Source of the DNA: Botryllus schlosseri
Taxonomy: Eukaryota
Direction of reading: 5' to 3'
DNA length: 64,000 nt
Assembly (NCBI GenBank): GCA_051294905.1
Contig: CM119371.1
Span: 32,800,001 to 32,864,000, forward strand
In this document: one piece after another, positions 27,591 to 40,984 of the stretch
Position numbering within the stretch: position 1 is the stretch's first letter
How the letters are laid out: every line of letters begins with the position of its first letter
The notes under the pieces: model-generated
What the model saw: only the letters and a program-made list of their open reading frames with translations
The model's database searches: none
Told to the model about the DNA's origin: nothing
Position numbers and translations under genes: made by a program

Positions 27591-28334
27591 CTAGGGTAGG
27601 AGAGAGAGACAGAAAGAGAGAGAGAGGGGGGCAAAGGGTAATATTAGACCTAGTAGATGTGATCCTAATGTATTTTGATGTCGAAGGTTGCTAATACATG
27701 CTTGACACTACAGGGATTGAGATATTTTTTAAACATACTACACTCTAAATTTTTTTCCGTTGGTGACAACATCAAAGAGAACGCGTTGCGTGTAAAAAAA
27801 AAGAACATCTGAAAAGGTGTTCGTGTTGTTGCTTGGCGTTGCCAGATACTGTGTTGTCTCATATAACCGTTGTCAAACGCTGTGTTGTCTGATATAGGCG
27901 TTCTCCACGATATCGCCCACGTAAGGGACACGAAAAACTACTAAATATTCTGGCCGACACGAATGCTATCTCTCTGCAGCTTTTTCTTACTAAATAATCT
28001 GGCGTACTCGGCCCACACCCTGTCGCTTGTAACTCCGCATCATTCTAGTTCACAATGACATCATTATATTCAATGTCAATATTTATATTCAATGTCAATA
28101 TGACATCATAAGTGATAAAACGAAACCATCATTGAAATGTAAAAGCAATGCACTGCACAATGAAGCAAGACTGCAGCTAGTAAAAATAAAGAATCATCGG
28201 GACAGTGATAAATTATGTGCTTAAAGAACAATATGAGCATGCGACATACTTAGTTTGAGTAACTTGAGCATATGACTTTATAACGTAAAAACACTTCTGA
28301 AATGAACCCGTAAATATAGCCCCGGTGTACTGCA

Positions 28335-29062
28335 AAATTCAACCCATATGCTGAAGTGTCACGCTTTAAAGTCGCGTGCTTATGTCCAAGGATCTAATGG
28401 AATGGAGTATAATAACAAAATATTCTCAAGGAAAACAAGACAGTCAGTGTGCCAATATTAAGGTAGAGTATGAACAACTGTTGAACAACTGGTACAGTCA
28501 TATTCAAGTCAAATTAGTGGGCCTATCACGCCTTTACAGTATGTGCTCAAAATTTTTGAAGAAATTATTCAATTATCCAGTTATCCAGTAACACTAAATC
28601 CAACCCATATGCTGAAAGAGTCACACGCTATCCAGCCACATGTTCATGCCCACGGATTCAATGGACTGATAAATATAAATGAAATATTGCAAATAAAAAC
28701 AAGATAGTGTCCTAAGATAAAACTAGAGTATGAACTACTGTTCCACAACTTGCACAGCAATAACCAAGTCAAATTACTTAGTCTATTAGGCCCTTCACCT
28801 ATGTGCTCAAAATTGTTGAAGGCATTATTCAATTTTCCACAGACACTAATTTCAACCAACATGTGTCACGCACTATCAATTCACATGTCTGTCCAGTGTC
28901 GACAATGCTAATGGATTTATGTATACCAACGAAATAGAAGCAAATGATGAACTACTGTTTAACAACTTGCACAAAAATAACCTTATGTCAAAGAAAATGG
29001 TTTATTATGACCTTACAACATGTGTTCGAATTTTCTGAAGAAATTATTCAGTTTTTCAGACA
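28335..29062. repeat. About three diverged ~220-260-bp direct repeats in the 3' region of the SAM gene
   Basis: AACCCATATGCTGAA near 28341 and 28602. ATGTG(C/T)TC(A/G)AA...TGAAG..ATTATTCA near 28541, 28801 and 29020. Confidence 0.7.
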
Positions 29063-30379
29063 CATATTGGGTGTTTTTGTCGCCAACAACTACTCTCTGA
29101 ATAAATGCCAGGAATTGAAATTCCTTTGGGTATGACTCATCCCAGGCATAATAACATGCCATCATATCGATTAAAATATCGAACACCGTTGCGCCATCGT
29201 TACCACAAGGGACAGATTCCCCAACAGCTAGGATCCAGCCTTGAGTGGACCCATCCTGATGTCTTGCGACAACTAGATGTGGAGGATCATGCTTTTGACT
29301 CCTGGTCTCTATGTCGTGAGCCTGAAACACAGACATATATTCAAGTACTTACATACAAATTTTTGTTATCGCTTCCAAAAAAATCTGAAGTCATCAGATA
29401 AGGACATCCATAATATACATCAGTTAATAGGTTAGCATTTCCTGCCTAAACATATTCCTATCACATATCAATGGAAGTGGCAATTATGTATTATTATGTA
29501 CCTGTTGGACTAGCAAAGCAGTTAAACCGCTTTTTTGCCGACAATTAATTCTTGCATCGGTAAGCGCCGACTGTAGTTTCAGCAGTTTGGTGAGCTCATC
29601 CTTGTCACCTTCAGTGGACTGATGAAATGAAATGGTTAAATAATTATTACTAATTGTGGAGCACACTAAATTTGCAAGCCCAAATTTACCTGAAATATTA
29701 CATCCAATATATTTATCATATTTTGATAACTGCTTTTCATGTCTTCAATGGTGGTTGGTGCAATTATCTTCTTGAACTCTTCTCTGATCTGAGATGAAAA
29801 GCAAATTCATCACAAACACTGATAGAAATGGTTGATAACATTAGACGAGGAGCGGGCAGCCTTTTTTGCTATTCACGACCGCGTTTCGATTTCCTATGTA
29901 GCCCACGGCTGCATTTCAGTGCATAGTTATAATGAACTATCTTGACACCAAATGCCCACGTTGAACTTTCCATGGTATATTTACAGTGAGTTATGGACAG
30001 ACCATGTCGCCATGACGTCTTACTCGACGGATCGAAATCACGAGTAGTCGTGCAGATATGAATAACTATAGTGGGATTGATGTTGCAGTTTAAGATATTA
30101 CTATCAAATATGTAAGCAGATATGGTAGGCCGTGGCTATGGCTGCCACAATCTATTACGCAACAAATGCGTTACGCTCACATCAAAGACTAAAATCAATG
30201 AATGAGTTTGCAATCGCAGAGAAAAACAGGCAGACTTTTATTTGTGCATGTTAACATTATCTCTATAGCAGACTTGCGAACTAAACAGTCCTAGTTGTCT
30301 GATTTTTCTAATATACATGCAAGAAGGTGTTGTATTGCTCGTACACACGTGCAATTGCCAGTAAAATATACGCAAGAGT

Positions 30380-30520
30380 TAATTTGATGACTTGAAATTG
30401 ACTCGGAAATTTTGCTCAGAATCACGAGTCAATGCACATTTATGAAGCGCTTGAGTCAAGTCATTTTGCTCATTGACTCGAGACAAGTCAAGCCACGCCA
30501 AAAAGTTGACTCGAGCCAAA
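30380..30520 (-). mobile_element. Fragment of MITE family C in intron 7 of the SAM gene
   Basis: Matches 10120-10215 (GACTTGAAATTGACT...CACGAGTCAAT...GAGTCAAGTCATTTT). Confidence 0.75.
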
Positions 30521-32289
30521 GCAACAGTGGTATAAGAACTATAAAGTGATTATAATATGGTTCCATGATATAATAACCACACTCACCAGTTTGATATCAG
30601 TCAAGGAAGGGAACAGATCAAGTATTTCCGACAGGGGAATGTCTTTTTGAATTATCTTGGAACGTCGATGTCCGTAGAGGTAGTTGAAAAGAAAGACAAC
30701 TTTTTTCCAATCGCGATTGACATTCAAAAATTCACTTCGAAACTGGAGAGAAGCTTCTTCAGCATTTAGAATGGATCCACCTAAAATCGCACATTTGAAG
30801 TATTCACCAAAAACATTTGAAACTTGTACTTCTGGTCTATTACTATTCCCATGACTCCGTGTCCACTCAGGTCATTTTCATGTAACCATTGAGTCAGCCC
30901 GAGTTATAGTAATTCTAATAAAGGTCGCGTCAAAGTCTAACTCACAAATTTCAGTCACGCATCGTTTAAGCATATAATGCTGTAAACGACTATCGTCTAA
31001 GGGTCAGGGTTTATCATCATGAATTGGAAATGTGGCGAAATAGTGAAACTTCTACTGCATGGACGCGGATGGTGAAGTTTAATGAATAGTTGAAGGCTTT
31101 CGGAGCAATAGAGCGAATTTTCACTTTAAAAGATATATGCGCCACTTATATATTGTAAAATTATTGAAAACCTGAAATGTCGTCGCGGACCACACAAAAT
31201 GATCTGGCGGGCCGCATGCGGCCCGCGGGCTGTGGGTTTGAGACCTCTGTTCTAAACCATACCTGAAGTCACAAGCGCAGTATTGCTTTTGCCCTGAGGT
31301 GCAGCGCGATTTCTCAGAAGTCTAAGCTGTCTTAGTTTCTGGGACAACTTCTTGTTGAAATTACGCTAGAAAGCAACTGAAAATATGATTGCAAATAAAT
31401 ATAGGAAAAAACAACGAAGATTTGACTTTACCCAAGGTGGATGTTGCAAAGTTGATCCTAGACATGGATACTTTTCTATAAGTGCCTTTCCAAATTTGGA
31501 ATAGGCCGACTTTCCAGTCATGTCACCACTGCTGAGGATGTGATTGACACACTCTTCCACAACAAGATGTATGACTTCATATGCAGCTCGTGCCTCGAGA
31601 GCCTGTCGCACTTCGTAACTGAATTCGGGTAAAGGCATCCCATGAATTCGTTCGGAGTGATTGCCGCTAGATGACGGCTGCAATATTACTATAAACAGGA
31701 TCGTGTTAAACTATATTTATTTGGATATATTACCCCTTCGTCTACAGTTGTATCAGACAGTGTATCTGGTACGGACAGATCGGTCATCATTTCTTCCTCG
31801 CCTTTGCTGGTTGGTACGGACTTCTGAAGCATACAGTTGGGATGGGTAGTTGCAAAATATTACCAAATAAATCAATACCAGTTTCACAGCTGCGCAAGAT
31901 GCTACACCCTCAACGAACGGCTCTGCTATGGGCCAAGTGGTATCCGACGCTTCTGCCAGTGATTATGCATCAACGTCGGACGATTTCTTCGGAGGGATGA
32001 TGGTATACGGCTCAGATGAAGAGACAGAAGCATCACACGGATTTTCTGAAGCCTCGGTCAACATCTCTTTCCATAACTGAAATATCAACATCAACTTGCA
32101 TACACACATTCAACAGCAAATAAGTTGCTTCTACCTCTTGTAATTTCAGTAGACCGCGTGTAGTACCAATATTGAATAACTGCCATAGATCTTTGTCGAC
32201 AAGTTCGGTGAAAACATCCGAGTCTATATCATTATCTGAAAAATAATTGACGCTAAGTTGCAAACAGAACTCAATATGGCGATAGACTG

Positions 32290-33293
32290 AAACCCCATAA
32301 CTACAAACACCAAACATGCCCAACATTCTTGGTCATCACAAACCGCTGCGTGTTGATATTATGACTGATTTGAGGCCACAGAAAATCATGATCTAAAATA
32401 CAGCACAATCCGTGACTACTGCCATCTTCAACGGCAAATGAATTCATAGCAGACTCATGTACAACAGTTTATCAATGCATATAAATTCTGGAAAACCATC
32501 ATCTTGGAAGCTGTCAACTAGGATATCACCTACGACCTACGTTGTATGCGATGTTTTTGTGCAAAACTCGTGTAGCACTAACAACACACGCGTCTAATTG
32601 ACAATTCTCAAACTCCATTAGTTCCGGATAATCTGCAACTGGTGCAGTGGTTTTGTCAGCAACAACAGTTTCGTCCTTCAAAAAGTTGATTTTTCTCACA
32701 CCGTTATTATCAATCATTTTCATACACATCCACTTCTGGTGATAAAAACTGAGACTCAGTGGAAGATTTTTGAAATTAAACCACCTCTTTTGTTTAAAAA
32801 ATGCATTCTTAGCCTCATATCTCATATACACGAATGAAAACCAAGGGGACCAAACGCCAACAATTGCCATGACATGTGTACAAGAAAATGCATTTTGGGA
32901 GTAAATGACAAAGTTGCATACAATCGCTTGAATTCTTCATTGTGGATAGCTATCAAGCAAGTTAGGTCATACGCCACATTGGGTGAACTGACAAAAGAAA
33001 ATGACACCTGCACAATTTTAAGCAGTCGAACTAAATTCAGATTCCATACTTTCTGATGAAGAATCTAATACAGTTACTTCATTGACGAGGTCATTCAAAT
33101 CAATTTCAACCTGTCCGTTATGATGTGTCCTACAATGATTTTTGAACCGATTATGATTTTCAAATCTTTTCCGACAAACCGTGCAAGTTAAGATCAAACT
33201 TGGATGATCCTTGTGGCGCTTCAGCAAGTGTTTTCCAAGCTTATCTGGACTATCAAAAAATGAGCACAGCCACCAGGATTGTAGACGTGACAT
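32290..33293 (-). pseudogene. EnSpm/CACTA-type transposase remnant (N-terminal C2H2 fingers joined by deletion to the C-terminal part)
   Basis: C2H2 motif CTVCRKRFENHNRFKNHCRTHH (ORF 33018-33293). Then TPKMHFLVH...FGPL...(frameshift)MRYEAKNAFFK (ORFs 32822-33013 and 32526-32870), a motif string I recognise from animal EnSpm-like transposases. The central region is missing and there are frameshifts. Confidence 0.8.
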
Positions 33294-35302
33294 TATTTGA
33301 GGAACTTAAGATCGGTCGAAGTATTATTTCTGCATTAATAGCATATATCTGTAAAATTTATATTAATGATTACACTTGGTAGTACCATTCAACCCCACCC
33401 AAGATGCATAAAAATGAAATGAGTGTAGAGAGGTTTCACACGTCAATCAGGAGAGATAACAAAGCACACGAACAAATCATCACTGCCAACTATACATCAT
33501 GATGTAGCCTACACAGGTGATGTGAAGAAACAATAATGAGGATCAATCAGTTTATATTTCGCTCACCAACAATTTGCACAAAACATGTTCATAGGGAACA
33601 CTGATTCTTGCTGATCAAGCAATCATATATCGATGTTTGAAATGAACCAGACAACGAAATAACAGAGAATTTACAAGTGGAATTAAACTCTTCTATCAAG
33701 GATAGTTATCAGAGTTTAGGAATAAAATGATCACTGCCGACTTAATTATCACGTAGACTACACAGGCTTTGCAGAGATATATGTACATTTTTCTTAGGTT
33801 AAGTTGTTTGCCAATCAACACTACGTCCACACGGCATGTTCAGGGGGAACACGAATAGGTGAAGGTCATGCTTAAAACCTCTCGATGTCTGAAAATGACA
33901 TCAACCACCTAGACCACATCTGTCTAGTCTTCAGTACTTCATAATTAAGCAACCAAAGGATGCAATGGCTGGCAAATGACCAGCATCTTGTAAATTTCCT
34001 TAAAACTTCCGAAAGTCATTACATCAGCCTAACTTAGCCCTCATTGCGCTAATGTTGTATCATACCAACAGGTAACATACAAACGAAGGCGACAAATGCT
34101 TTAGCTTTTACCTTCCAATTTATCGATATGGTGAGATGCGATACCGTGAATGGCTAAGAAACCTCTCAAATCGGCGCACGCTCTTCCTGTCATGGTGTCG
34201 TATCGCAAAAGAACCACGTGGCGGTGTTCGACGGGAGATGACGTTGTTAGTATTGGGAAAAGGTGAACGCGAAAAAAGGAAAGACATCAAACTTCTCTCG
34301 ATCGCGGCGTTGTTGACACGATTAGCCGTTGCCACCAACGGAAAATACTGCGCTAGTGTTGTCTCGAATTTAGAGTGTATTACCCTTTATGCGATGTTGA
34401 AAATTCAAAACAATGTTGGGCAATCTTTTAACGCTGATCAATACTGACGGGGGGCCATAAAGCTAGCTATAATTTGTTTCGCGAAGCCATGAACACGAAC
34501 TATACCACGTGAAGTTGTTTGGTGTGGACGTGGAGTCACAGTGGTAGGTGCTAGTTTTATAGTTTGTAAGCGTTTTGTAAAGCAATCTTCCTGTTGTGCA
34601 TGATCAGCGTGTGCGGGGAATTCTGTGATATACTGTTTTTTCCGAAGTCATGTATTTCTTGTGGTATCTCCTGCGGCACGTCATCTTTTCCCGAAGACCA
34701 TTGTCACGCTCAATTTTTTAATCAACGTACCGGCACTAATATACGGACGATTAGAAATCCAAAAACAGTATAAATAGAAATACTACAGAGAACAAAAAGA
34801 GGACCATGAGACACTATACATACAGAGGAAATGAGAAATTGGCCAACTTTTTGCTGATTCTGGTACCAACTACAACAAATACGGAAACACCAGATGCGGT
34901 TAGAAGTGATTTTTCTCTTCTTCGATAACGGAAAAACTAAAGCAATATGGTGTTTCTCCTTTTGGAAACAAAGAGGTGTTGCTTCAGTGAAACGCTATAT
35001 AAAACTTGTGGCTGACAACGCTCTCGGTGGTTCCACGCGGAAGACGTAAAGACCAGTAAAGAATTGCTAGAAAATATTAAAATAAAATTCATTATTGGTG
35101 AGTAGACCCAGTTGGTTATTTTAGCACAGATTATGAATTATCTCCCTGATTCACTAGCCTACGCAAAAAAGTGGGCTGCTTTTTTGTGAGTAGTCGTCTA
35201 CGCAGACGCCATAAATTGCAGAAACGGTATATTGAACTTCTGGCCGCGGTTGTGGCTGAAAATTGTGTCAAACAGAGTACTAGCCTGCATAGTACAAAGT
35301 AC

Positions 35303-36266
35303 CAGTGGTGGGATGACTCGAGTCATGACTTGACTCGAGTCAGACTCGAGTCACCTTTTTTGCATGACTTGACTTGACTCGAGTCACTTTGCAAAAATGA
35401 CTTGACTTGACTTGACTCGTCGCTTCAGAAATGTGGATTGACTCGTGACTCGGAGCAAAATTTACGAGTCAATTTCAAGTCATCTAGTAAACAATGTCGA
35501 TTAAACCGCTGCCTCTTTTTTATATTCGGATTGTTCGCGATACGCCGGTGTGACTTGTGAGAGCAATCAGTCATTCACTGATTGTACTTTTCACTGATCC
35601 TCCATTGTTACATCACAAATAAATTGACCGAAAACGAAATGATCACAGCTTACGTTTATGTACTAGCTGTAGAATAATCAAATAGCAACGTATCTCTGTT
35701 TGTTAGACGGCTTAGTGCTTACATCGCGAAGTTCCCAACTTAGCCAACCCTCTTGTATGATTTGAATCGAACGAATATAGTTTATACCTTTATAATCTTA
35801 CGGATGTGTGGATGGCCCTGGATGGGTAGTGTATTGTACCATATCAATTTGTTCCAACTTCTCGGCGCTTCGTATTCGATCCTCTATTTTGGCTCACGTA
35901 ATTTATTTATAGCAGCTCTAAGCGTGCTTGAGCGATACAACGCCTTTTTGCACGTATATTTAGCCTAATACTCGGTAATTGATTCAGGATATATCACCAA
36001 TCAATCTGTCATTCACACAGCTAGCAAAATGTAATGACTTTAAATCATCCTCATACTTCGAAAATTCAATTTGACTTGAATTGTGACTTGACTCGTGACT
36101 TGACTTGACTTGACTCGACTTGACTTGAGTCACCTCCAAAAAACGAGTGACTTGACTTGACTCGAGTCACCTTCGAAAATCGATTGACTTGACTTGACTC
36201 GAGTCAAAATGCGCAATGACTCGAGATGACTCGTGACTCGAAGGTAGTGACTTGATCCCAACACTG
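35303..36266 (+). mobile_element. hAT-type MITE family C, copy 3
   Basis: CAGTGGTGGGAT...ATCCCAACACTG. Perfect TSD CAAAGTAC (35295-35302, 36267-36274). Confidence 0.93.
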
Positions 36267-37052
36267 CAAAGTACGATATTATTATGACATTGTTTGAATA
36301 AGGCGTGTATTTCAGAAGTCTTCAAAATTCCTCCAGAAAGAAAAGGAAGAACTTTGGCGGCAGGTAATGGCTCTTCTGGTGAGCGCAACTTGCCTCCCGG
36401 TAACATATTCGACATGATTTAGCGTAGGCTATCTCTTACTTTTTCATTCATTACTAACGTAGTGAAGATCAGGGTGTCTGAAATATTTCGTCAACGAGCG
36501 ACATCCGGTATACGAATGATAGCACAGGTCACTGTTGTTGTTACTCTATTCATGTTGGTCCGAACACAATATTGTCCTTTCACACCATGACGATATTCCT
36601 TATGACCCCCGAATTGCATCCACTGTCGCTCTAGGCTTTTGCAACTCACAGCTTATACCTGGACAACAATGCGAGGAAGAGCATAGATAAGCCCTTAACA
36701 CTCATAAGTGGCATTCTGACGTCGATCTGTGTCGGACTCGAGCTCGAAACAAATCATAATGTCGATGATGACGCAGAAGATAGTCGCATTGCAAAAAGAT
36801 GGAACTGACTATTATGTTGTACCAGCAGTATCAATATGTATCTTGCACCTGAGTATGCGGTTCAGGGTACTCTTTTTGCAATGCGAGTATATTTTCCTTC
36901 ACTGCGCAGAAGTGATACCGAATTGCGCCACTATTCAGACTTGATTTGCGAATATGTCCTGATGTATCTTATCAATGCTTGATGCTTCCATAAAATTCTT
37001 CTTCGGAAAAGTGGTCGAGCAAGTGTAGCTTGTGGAGCTATAGGCTTGACAT

Positions 37053-37715
37053 CAATGTTCCCTGTAATTTTTCACGAGTCTGCGCGCAAGGGCTGTTGAA
37101 AAAAACTTCCTGATTCTTGTTAACTACGTGATTAAATCGTTGGGTTGCCTAAAAAACGATGCACACGAAATTTGAATGCATTCCAACCGGTGATTGCGGA
37201 GTTCTTACAGTTTGAAACTACAAAACGCCAAGAAAAATATTTCCAATTCTTCTGTCAACGTCATGGAATTGTCGTGCTGTTTTCATGGACAATTCAAGCC
37301 AAATTTGAGTCAATTTTATCCCGTAGAACCGGGGTGATATGAGTTTTTTGATGATAATTTAAGGATAATCCCCGAATTATTAAAGAAAAACTCAAATAAC
37401 TCCGCTTCTACGGGTTGGAATTGACTCAAATTTGTTTTGCATCATTTCTGAAGACAGCTCAACAATTTCATGGGCTTGACAGAATAATTCCGCAAAAAAT
37501 ATTTTGCATTCTATAGTAAATTCAAAATTTTCAAACATTTTTTTAGGCTACCTAACGGTTTAATCACGTAGTCAGCAAGATTTGGGAAAATATATATGTC
37601 TTTTTTAATGCCGCTCACGCACTTCGGATTTTTTGTGCGTAACTCAGACTTTCTGTGCGCAGAGACCGTGTCAGCACTTCGCAATTACGCACGTGCTTAG
37701 CTTAGGGGGAATAGG
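37053..37715. mobile_element. MITE related to 25771-25963 containing a ~480-bp imperfect palindrome (about 37105-37590)
   Basis: Arms: ACTACGTGATTAAA/TTTAATCACGTAGT, AAATTTGAGTCAATT/AATTGACTCAAATTT, CCCGTAGAA/TTCTACGGG. The right end matches the reverse complement of 25771-25840. Confidence 0.7.
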
Positions 37716-39004
37716 CAATAAACACTGAACTTTCAAATTATCGGTGCTACGTACGCACAAGTTCGTTTCTCTAGTCTAGTGTACAGTCTTCACAGGGCAC
37801 ACAATGCGGCCATAGATATACCCTGGAGTGGCATCTCCACTCCACGTTAGACAAATCAGGCGTCACTCGTTAGTAGTTATTACATCGTCCAAATCGTCGT
37901 CAACGTCATTGGCATTCAACCAATGAATGTTATGTTTGATTTACGGCCGTATTCCGAGGCTGCTATGCCCTTGGTACTCAATCCAGATCATGCAATAAAG
38001 CAATATGTGACATCATCACAATTCATGAGCGTAACAGTAGAGCTTTAGCCTGATGGCTGCATGAAACAGAAGTTTCTTTTAGTTGTGATTTAGTATCATA
38101 AATATATTGACCAACTAACTGTATACGTTCAGAGTGACACTGCATGCAATTGGAGTCAATGTAGGAGTTACTGAAAGTTGATATTATTTGGACATTCAAC
38201 CATTTCAGAAAATCTTAAAAATAAATGCATGAAGATGAAGAATGATCTGCAGGCAAAAGTGGAGGCCATAAGGAAGAATAACGAAGAAATAACTCAAGAA
38301 CTTACTGATATGGCCGAAAAACTGGAAGCATTTCAAATTTGAAGTAATATGAGTGATATCATAGGAATGCCAACTATTTACAATTTCTGATACAATACCA
38401 AAATATCGACATTGCGATGAAAGTCGAGGTATTGTATGTGTTTAAATCGCGAGTTTTGTCAATAGTAAATTACTAGCCTGAGAAAATATTCCAATAGAGA
38501 TTATAAATAACTTCCAAAGCCCGCTCAAAAGAAAGGCAACAACAGAGTGGTGTTTCCACGCCGTGTTCCTGCTCGTGTGACTGGAAGTGGTTTAAGGTGG
38601 TCAAGAAAGTTACTCAAGTTAAAGTAAAACCAGTGACGCAGAATTCTACTCAATTACGAGTAATGTAGTGATTTTCAAATTGGTGTCAAACTAATTCAAG
38701 TAGAAGTAAAATTTGCTTGATTTGAAAAATATTCAAGTACGTGAGTTTTTAGAAGCAGTCATAATTACGCTCTCACCGACAGCCAAAATCTGATAACATA
38801 TGCGGACGGTGCAGCGTTCGTGGTTTGTGTTGCTATATACCAGGAGATATACCTTTACAACACCATAATAAGCCGTCTATCTCATCAAGTGGAGGAAGGG
38901 ATACAAGTGATGACTTTACTATAGAACGGCGCTTCTTGTCCCCATTCTCACTTCAGTGCCCCCTGCGACGGTATTGTGCCCTCTCTTATAATACAAAGCC
39001 CGCA

Positions 39005-39270
39005 ATTGTTGTTGTTGTTGTTTGCGGAATTCATGGTGTTTGTCGACTACTATGGTCATTTACACCGCAGGTCAATATTCGTTATTTTTGATTCCGTATC
39101 TGCCGGGTTGTAGCACGGCTCACTTCTGGGCTTTTTGTGAGACACGGCTTATACGCGGATGAGATGGTGAGGAGCCAGTATAAACCTCCAACACTTAGGT
39201 AGGAATTCTAGAGTCGACCTCGGTCGGACTCGAACTCAAAACCAATTGATGTTGTAGCAGTGGATGTGCC
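39005..39270 (-). mobile_element. Probable tRNA-derived SINE with (CAA)n tail
   Basis: Minus strand has B-box-like GAGTTCGAGTCCGACC (about 39222-39237) and ends ...AATGACCATAGTAGTCGAC...CAAACAACAACAACAA. A box not clearly seen. Confidence 0.5.
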
Positions 39271-40984
39271 CGTAGTTAATAAGACGACGAAACGATACGG
39301 ATTAGTTATATTTGATAATACAGCAACGCTTTGCGCGATTAGGAAGGCAATTGTTAATTAGTTAGCTTGGGAGTCATTCTGTGCGATTCAAGTCTGAAAT
39401 ATTTACATTAGTCAGGTCCGGAGCTGAAAATACCGACCCGACTTCAACCTCCACCCCTCAGTTTGATCTAAACCTATAATATTGAAACATATGGCGTCAG
39501 AACATGTACAGTATGGTTGTTCAAAAAATTATCCGCAGATTTCACTGGCTACTCGATATAATTGTTAGGTTGCCCAAACTTTGACTACATTTCAGGATGT
39601 AAAATCATCGCCATGGAGAAAAACGTGGAATGAATAAATAAAAATAATTGATTTTCTAAACTCACTGAGTAGGCTACCCCACGAACCTTTTATGCCCTCC
39701 TAAAAATAATACATAACATATTTGGCTCAATCTCAATCAACAGATGCGAAGTACAGAATGTTCAATCTGAACAATGAGTCCCTATTCCCATAACAATTTC
39801 ATGGTGTGGCCAGTAATATTTGATAAATTTTTCTTTTCAATAGCAATGCCACCACATCTCGCAAGGAGCCGTAGCGGAAAGGGGCAAGGATCTTGAGAAA
39901 GTCCTGAAGGATTGGAAATGAACTATATATATAAAATATTATACAAAATTACTATTTTCACTGACTGTATGCCATATTATATGACCATGTGAATTACTAT
40001 CAATAACATATCCGTATACTATTTACTTGTATATCCCAGTTTTACAATAGTTTGAATATATTGCTGTATAAACGATACATGGAAGAATTGTCATCCTTCT
40101 GTAATCAGATTATAGTATAAGTACTAGTACAAGTTATTACAAGGTAATGGGGCTTCGCGTGACCAGGCAGTATTGAGACAGTCTCAGTCGGATACCGTGT
40201 CAAATGCAAGTGAAAGCAATGTTAAGCCTTCATTCTAGCATGATTATATTGTTGGTGCCAAAACCAAATGAGCGGTATGGATTTGAAGACGTAAACAGAT
40301 TGGAAGATTTTGAACAGATTCGGAATTCTCATTTTTGTAAAACTAGGTTTGAACTTTAACACAGAATTTCTAACAGCTGACCGTACAACGCACTATACGT
40401 CGCCAAGGCAGACTTGAACACTTGTAGATAGAAGTGTTTGATTTATTCAGTCTGATATTGGATATTATCGATATATTCTCATCCATCAATATGGATACGC
40501 CCCAGCGAGTTACATCTCGCTTACCGTAATGTCCCTGCAAAATCTACCAAGAGCAAGTTTTATTCGAGTCAAAACTGTACAAAAGTAGGACCGACTTGTG
40601 ACTCAGAACCTTAGGACTTGGTTACAACCCTGGACTAGTGAAATAATGTCACAATAATCACAATATTCACCGTGGCAGATATGATATTATAGCTCACAGG
40701 AAAATCAAAGTGAGGGTCCATTTCAACCAAATTTTACAATTACACAAGTAATACCCACATTGATTGCTCTTATGCAGAAAAAAAAAAACACGAAATGACC
40801 AGTACACATCTAACCAAGCATGTAAGTACAGCGTGCTATGACTTGACTACCGCTGCCTACGCCCTATGCCAAGAAATCATCAAGGAAGAAAATTATCAAT
40901 AGTCGGTCGCTATCGGGATCAGTGATGAGTAGGGCGATTCTGTTTACCTAAAAAACTGATAATTTTGACCTAAACTATCATACT

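Larger units (their letters stand above)
29013..34193 (-). pseudogene. 10-exon SAM-domain (SAMD3-like) accessory gene of the CACTA element; 513 codons with one internal TAA
   Basis: Exons on minus strand: 34193-34112, 32235-32135, 32076-31879, 31823-31734, 31677-31432, 31365-31263, 30780-30587, 29788-29690, 29618-29502, 29321-29013. All introns are GT-AG with compatible phases; total 1,539 nt. Exons 1+2 give MTGRACADLRGFLAIHGIASHHIDKLEDNDIDSDVFTELVDKDLWQLFNIGTTRGLLKLQE (SAM-like). C-terminus includes MMACYYAWDESYPKEFQFLAFIQ. Stop at 31963-31965. Confidence 0.8.
27741..34377 (-). mobile_element. CACTA/EnSpm (CMC) DNA transposon, internally deleted, 6,637 bp
   Basis: Termini CACTCTAAAT/ATTTAGAGTG, each flanked by TA (2-bp TSD). 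Subterminal inverted match TTTCCGTTGGTGACAAC/GTTGCCACCAACGGAAA. Internal transposase motifs. Confidence 0.85.

Noticed and set aside
34136..34447. 103-aa + strand ORF at the CACTA end
   Set aside because: It is antisense to exon 1 of the SAM gene and crosses the element terminus, so it is likely spurious.
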